Below, piece by piece: positions 42,037 to 46,663 of a stretch of DNA of 46,663 nucleotides. The position numbers and the translations under genes were made by a program. The notes below the pieces were generated by a model that was not told where the DNA came from, searched no databases, and saw only the letters and a list, made by a program, of their open reading frames with translations. This DNA comes from a virus (lineage: Duplodnaviria; Heunggongvirae; Uroviricota; Caudoviricetes). The number at the start of each line of letters is the position of its first letter. The stretch's first letter is position 1. Location: positions 1-46,663 of IMG/VR virus record IMGVR_UViG_3300012347_000217; one strand, written 5' to 3'.

Positions 42037-43105
42037 AGATTATGAGAAAGCTCTTTCAGGAGGCGAACCCTCTTGGAAGAATGGCGAGATTTCACTTACT
42101 CGTGCGCTGAACTGGTACAACTATCATTCGGACACCAAAGAAAGTAAGAAGTTCGCCTTATCATACCTCAAAGAGATTGAGGCACCAGAAAGCGATATTG
42201 AAATTCTTTCCAGGGTTTCAGATGTACATTTTCAGAATCTTGGTTTCGTTTGCCGAATGAAACTTCGTGGTGCACCAATCTCTGAGAGAAATGATATGTG
42301 GATCAAAATCTTCTTTGATACACTAAAAGAATTTCGTGATACATCAGCCTTTAAAGTTGAAGGTGAAGATGTTAAAGTAGTTTCCATCCAAGAGCGTGTA
42401 GCAGATAAGGCACGTGAACATATTGGTGAAATGGAAGCCATGATTGATGAGTGTATCACTGAATCTGTATTCAAGTGGGACTCTTACACATGGATGCAGA
42501 CTGCTAACGTCAAAGGTGCCCACACCAAGTTTATTGTCGAGTTCTTCGAACGCCGCATTTCTGAACTAGAAGAAGCAGTCAAAGGTAAAGATAAAGACCT
42601 TACAGAAGGTTATTCAAACTTCACCAAAGCACAACTGAAAGAGTACATCACTCTATTGAAACATATCTGTTCGGATGCACAAAAGATTGCACATAACTCC
42701 AAACTGATCCGTGCACCTCGTAAGAAGAAGACTAAACCTGCGGATAAGATTGTCTCTAAGTTAAACTATAAGAAAGACGATAATGGGTATAAACTTGCTT
42801 CCATTAATCCTGTTGACATTGTGGGTTGTTCTCAACTTTGGGTATTTAATACCAAGACCAGAAAGCTCGGTGTCTACAATGCAGACGATTCAGGTGGATT
42901 GAGCGTCAAAGGCTCCACAATCATTAATTACAAACAAGACACTTCTACACAGAAGACTGTACGTAAACCTGAGGTATTGTTACCTGAGGTATTGAAAGCA
43001 GGAAAGATTACCTTACGTAAAGTTCTTTCAGGCATTAATTCAGTTGACCAGGAATTGACAGGACGTATCAATGATGATACAATCCTACTTCGTGTAATTA
43101 AATAA
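42017..43105 (+). CDS. Conserved T4-like hypothetical protein
   Basis: Long ORF, LNWYN...LWVFNTKTRKL...GRIN; start at MRLTS. Confidence 0.8.
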   Translation: MRLTSVKDYEKALSGGEPSWKNGEISLTRALNWYNYHSDTKESKKFALSYLKEIEAPESDIEILSRVSDVHFQNLGFVCRMKLRGAPISERNDMWIKIFFDTLKEFRDTSAFKVEGEDVKVVSIQERVADKAREHIGEMEAMIDECITESVFKWDSYTWMQTANVKGAHTKFIVEFFERRISELEEAVKGKDKDLTEGYSNFTKAQLKEYITLLKHICSDAQKIAHNSKLIRAPRKKKTKPADKIVSKLNYKKDDNGYKLASINPVDIVGCSQLWVFNTKTRKLGVYNADDSGGLSVKGSTIINYKQDTSTQKTVRKPEVLLPEVLKAGKITLRKVLSGINSVDQELTGRINDDTILLRVIK

Positions 43106-43112
43106 GGTTATT

Positions 43113-43958
43113 ATGATTCTAATTGATTTGAACCAGGTTTTACTGGCCTCACTTATGGCCCAAATTGCCGGTCAAAAGAATGTTAAGATTGAAGAAGATT
43201 TGGTTCGACACCTATCACTTAACATTATCCGTGGACATGTACGTATGTTCAAACAGGAATACGGAGAAGTCGTTCTTTGTTGTGACAATAAGGTGTATTG
43301 GCGCAAAGAGTACTTTCCGTTCTACAAAGCTAGCCGCAAGAAGAACCGTGATAAGTCCGACTTGGACTGGAATCTAATCTTCACTATCCTGGCTAAACTG
43401 AAAGAAGAACTCAAAGCAAACTTCCCATATAAAGTCATTGATGTACATCGTGCAGAAGCGGATGATATCATTGGAACATTGGCACCTCGTCATTGTAAAT
43501 CGGAGAAGATTCTGATTATCTCCAGTGACGGTGACTTCTTGCAGTTACAGCAATATGGCAATATCAAGCAATATAACCCAACACAAAAGAAGTTTGTCAT
43601 TTCAAAAGATCCACTTGGTGAATTGAAACTGAAAATTATTGGTGGTGATACTGGTGACGGTATTCCCAACATTATGTCTCCTGGAGACACATTTGTCCGA
43701 GGCATTCGTCAGAAGGTTATGACAGAAGGTCGTTTGACTAAATTTTTGACGGAAGAATATTCCGACTATGATGACACATCGAAATCAGGATTCTCACGAA
43801 ATCAGGTTTTGATTGATTTACGACATATCCCAGAGGATATTAAGGAATCAATTATTCATACATATGATAATACTAAACCTGCTCCACGTTCGAAGCTACT
43901 GACGTACTTCATGGAGAAGAAACTTAAAAACTTAATGGAAGTTATTGGAGAATTTTAA
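43113..43958 (+). CDS. rnh: T4-type RNase H / 5'-3' exonuclease
   Basis: ILIDLNQ, WRK..YK..R, EADD, SSDGDF, GDTGDGIP motifs. Confidence 0.95.
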   Translation: MILIDLNQVLLASLMAQIAGQKNVKIEEDLVRHLSLNIIRGHVRMFKQEYGEVVLCCDNKVYWRKEYFPFYKASRKKNRDKSDLDWNLIFTILAKLKEELKANFPYKVIDVHRAEADDIIGTLAPRHCKSEKILIISSDGDFLQLQQYGNIKQYNPTQKKFVISKDPLGELKLKIIGGDTGDGIPNIMSPGDTFVRGIRQKVMTEGRLTKFLTEEYSDYDDTSKSGFSRNQVLIDLRHIPEDIKESIIHTYDNTKPAPRSKLLTYFMEKKLKNLMEVIGEF

Positions 43959-44383
43959 TGAGAAAAAATATTTATGAGATTTTTGATGAATTTGGTGCTG
44001 CAAAGACCAAACAAGAGAAAATTGAAGTCTTGGCTAAGAACTGGACACCAACGCTGAAACTTGTACTACAATTGGCATATCGTCCAGAAGTACAGTGGAA
44101 GTATAATGCATATCCAGCAGGTTACAAAGTACCTGACACAAAACCAGGAATCTCATACGGTTCTTTGGACATGGACTTGAAACGTCTGTACATGTTCCAA
44201 GAAGGTAATCCAACGGCAGAGAAGTTGGATCCACGTAAGCGTGAAGGCCTGTTGCTATCTTTCTTGGATGCACTGGAACCACGTGAAGCTGATATCGTCA
44301 TCGGTATCTTCAAAAAGGATCTTGGAGTCAAAGGCTTGACCTTCAAGTTTATCAAAGACAATATTCCAGGTGTTCTGGATTAA
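43958..44383 (+). CDS. Hypothetical protein conserved in T4-like phages
   Basis: 141 aa; MRKNIYEIF and EADIV patterns. Confidence 0.8.
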   Translation: MRKNIYEIFDEFGAAKTKQEKIEVLAKNWTPTLKLVLQLAYRPEVQWKYNAYPAGYKVPDTKPGISYGSLDMDLKRLYMFQEGNPTAEKLDPRKREGLLLSFLDALEPREADIVIGIFKKDLGVKGLTFKFIKDNIPGVLD

Positions 44384-44398
44384 TCAACGGAGTAGTAA

Positions 44399-44578
44399 GT
44401 GGCCAAATTTACCGATAAGTATCGTTATTCGGATGAATATGAAGATGTGAGAACATCGAATCGTGATAAGAAACGTAAGAAAATCGACGCACAGCAACGC
44501 AGAACACGAAAGCGTGGCTATGACGACGATAATTATGGATATGAAAATGTAAATAGTCGCTTATACCGAACCAAATAA
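44399..44578 (+). CDS. 59-aa basic hypothetical protein (GTG start)
   Basis: GGAG ribosome-binding site, open frame to TAA at 44576. Confidence 0.55.
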   Translation: MAKFTDKYRYSDEYEDVRTSNRDKKRKKIDAQQRRTRKRGYDDDNYGYENVNSRLYRTK

Positions 44579-44607
44579 TTGACATTGCTTCAACTTTGTG
44601 ATAAAAT
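44579..44607 (+). promoter_or_regulatory. sigma70 promoter
   Basis: TTGACA-17 nt-TAAAAT. Confidence 0.8.
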
Positions 44608-44616
44608 AGCTTCATT

Positions 44617-44745
44617 ATGAAAATCAAGCTACCCGTTACAAAGCCAGTCTGTCGTACACCAATCAAACCGGTGCAAAAACACAAAACAGACAAAGATTAT
44701 GTTCGCAAACCTAAACACCCGTTGAAGGAAAAGCATGTTAGTTGA
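44617..44745 (+). CDS. 42-aa basic peptide
   Basis: First ORF after the promoter; overlaps the next start. Confidence 0.4.
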   Translation: MKIKLPVTKPVCRTPIKPVQKHKTDKDYVRKPKHPLKEKHVS

Positions 44746-46663
44746 AGCAAAATCAAATTTGGCCAAATTAATGGCATCAGAAAACCTTTTCGTTGAACAA
44801 CGGAACGTGGAAACTGCATATTTTGACTTAAAAAGTCGAATTTTGACTATTCCTGTACTCAACGGAAAGCTTTCCCCTGAACTTTATGACCTTTTGCTCG
44901 GTCATGAAGTCGGCCATGCACTCGAAACGCCTGAAAAAGGCTGGCATGACTCAATTATTGACCTCGGAGTCAATAAATCAATTCTCAACGTGTGTGAAGA
45001 CGCACGTATCGAGAAGAAAATCAAGCGCAAATTCCCTGGAATTCGTATTTCCTTCGTAAAAGGCTACAAAGAGCTTACGGAGATGGATTTCTTTGGCATC
45101 AAAGACAAAGACCTCAACAAACTCAACTTAATTGACCGTATCAATCTGCATACAAAGTGTGGAGCAACACTCGGAATCGAATTCGGTGCTGAGGAAACTG
45201 TTTTGTTGCATGAAGTTGAGACAACAGAGACATTCGAAGAGGTTGTTATCGTCGCCAAGAAGATTCAAGACTTGATGAAGGCTGATTTAGACAAGAAAAA
45301 AGAACAGCAAGAACAAGGCAAAGAGAAAAAGAAGCTTACCATCATTATAGAAAAAGGTGGTAAAGAGTCCGGCCAAGGTAATCAAGAAGAACTTAACATA
45401 GATGAATACGATGAAGTCGAGGTCATCGAAGTTGACGCATCAGAAGAAGGTGATGGTGAAGAATCGAAAGAAACGACAACTTCATCTGGACAAGAAGGTT
45501 CAACCGAATCAGATACTGACAAATCATTCCGTAAACGTGAAAAAGAGTTGTTCTCGGAAGAAGCTGGTAAAAACCTAATCTATAACAACATTCCAGAAGT
45601 CGATTTGGAAAACATTATTGTTCCTTACAAAAAGGTATATTCTACAATAAAGAGCTGTAATTCAAATGCAGTTATCGACATTGCCAAGATGAAACAGGAA
45701 TTCAATAAATTCCGTCTAGAGTCAAACAAGGTTGTTTCATACTTGGTTAAAGAGTTTGAAATGCGTAAGAACGCAGAACAGCAAGCCAGAGTTCAAGTTG
45801 CCAAAACTGGTGAATTGAACATGAACAAGTTATATGACTACAAGTTCACTGATGATATTTTCCGTAGAATGTCTAAAGTTCCTAACGGTAAATCCCACGG
45901 TTTGGTTATGTACATCGACTGGTCTGGTTCTATGGGTGATTACATCAATTCTACGGTGAAGCAACTACTCAACCTCTCTATGTTCTGCCGCAAGGTTAAT
46001 ATTCCTTTTGAAGTATATGCTTTCAGTTCACATGCTAAAACTGTTTGTGAGTATCCAAAAGATTGGAAATATAAACCCAAATATGATATACAGAAACCTA
46101 AGACTGGTGATTTGGTAATTGGTCACTTCTCTTTACTGAATCTATTGTCTAGTAAAATGAACAATAACGATTTCACCGAAGCTGCATCATTCCTTTTGAA
46201 TTATGGAACAGCGAGTGGTGCTAAACGATATTGTACTGATTACTATCCTCCAGATTTCTTCACCTTGTCTGGTACTCCTTTGAATGAAGCCATCGTTGCG
46301 GCATTTCAAATGGTTCCAAAGTTCAAAGATGAAAACAAACTGGAGATTGTTAATGCAGTATTTTTGACTGACGGTGAAGGTTCTCCGTTGAGCCAGAGAT
46401 TTGGACATCAAAATATGAAAGGTGAACATGCGCTCGAATATGGTGCTACTCCCACAAATTATAATCGTGCATTCTTGCGTGACCCTGTGACACGTGCAAC
46501 GATTGAAATGGACATAAAGATGGTCAATCGTTCAATGTCGGCCCTACAGACTGAACCTTTGCTCCAATTATTGAAGCAACGTTTGGAATGTAACCTGATT
46601 GGATTCTTTGTGTGTAATACACGTGATGCACGTTCTTCTCTGAATGGTTTGTCAAATAAACCA
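44735..46663 (+). CDS. HEXXH metallopeptidase-like domain plus vWA domain (CobT-like), truncated by the window end
   Basis: Reads MLVEAKSNLAKLMASENL...GHEVGH...EDARIE, an acidic linker, then DWSGSM. Absent from the ORF track; no stop was noticed before the window end. Confidence 0.8.
   Translation, partial: MLVEAKSNLAKLMASENLFVEQRNVETAYFDLKSRILTIPVLNGKLSPELYDLLLGHEVGHALETPEKGWHDSIIDLGVNKSILNVCEDARIEKKIKRKFPGIRISFVKGYKELTEMDFFGIKDKDLNKLNLIDRINLHTKCGATLGIEFGAEETVLLHEVETTETFEEVVIVAKKIQDLMKADLDKKKEQQEQGKEKKKLTIIIEKGGKESGQGNQEELNIDEYDEVEVIEVDASEEGDGEESKETTTSSGQEGSTESDTDKSFRKREKELFSEEAGKNLIYNNIPEVDLENIIVPYKKVYSTIKSCNSNAVIDIAKMKQEFNKFRLESNKVVSYLVKEFEMRKNAEQQARVQVAKTGELNMNKLYDYKFTDDIFRRMSKVPNGKSHGLVMYIDWSGSMGDYINSTVKQLLNLSMFCRKVNIPFEVYAFSSHAKTVCEYPKDWKYKPKYDIQKPKTGDLVIGHFSLLNLLSSKMNNNDFTEAASFLLNYGTASGAKRYCTDYYPPDFFTLSGTPLNEAIVAAFQMVPKFKDENKLEIVNAVFLTDGEGSPLSQRFGHQNMKGEHALEYGATPTNYNRAFLRDPVTRATIEMDIKMVNRSMSALQTEPLLQLLKQRLECNLIGFFVCNTRDARSSLNGLSNKP

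Noticed and set aside
13911-44862. Numerous 60-160-aa alternative-frame and antisense ORFs within long genes
   Set aside because: They have no ribosome-binding site or motif support and are expected by-products of codon bias. Only 26534..26857 was kept.

Overview
A fragment of a large T4-like (Tevenvirinae-related, probably environmental) myovirus genome. The host looks Gram-negative, since the window encodes spanin-like proteins. Positions 1-11.2 kb are a dense RNA island: 26 canonical tRNA genes, several aberrant tRNA-like elements, three tandem sigma70 promoters with rrn-type boxA sequences, and cargo genes (AsnB-like PP-loop protein, HNH, SAM methyltransferase, YkuK/RNase H-like, GroES, 2OG-Fe(II) oxygenase, and a TROVE/DUF2828-like vWA protein). 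Positions 12.9-19.5 kb hold T4 replication genes (gp43, UvsX, gp41). Next come an 8-gene glyco-modification cluster (19.5-25.8 kb), Glu/Lys-rich repetitive late proteins (25.9-32.9 kb), a lysis cassette (spanins, GH19 endolysin, holin), gp61 primase, ThyX, NrdA/thioredoxin/NrdB, GIY-YIG, RNase H and a truncated HEXXH-vWA protein. The most striking signal is a 7-copy ncRNA scaffold (7-bp covarying stem, invariant CAGCAA, 3' G[C/T]T) carrying different tRNA-mimic cargoes. The cargoes are anticodon stem-loops, a full UCA-anticodon cloverleaf, and a circularly permuted tRNA with the YrlA Y-RNA topology. The last copy sits directly upstream of the Ro60/TROVE-like gene, which suggests an expanded phage Ro60-Y RNA-like system. 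All structures were paired by eye and all protein calls come from motif recognition; no folding software or database searches were run.
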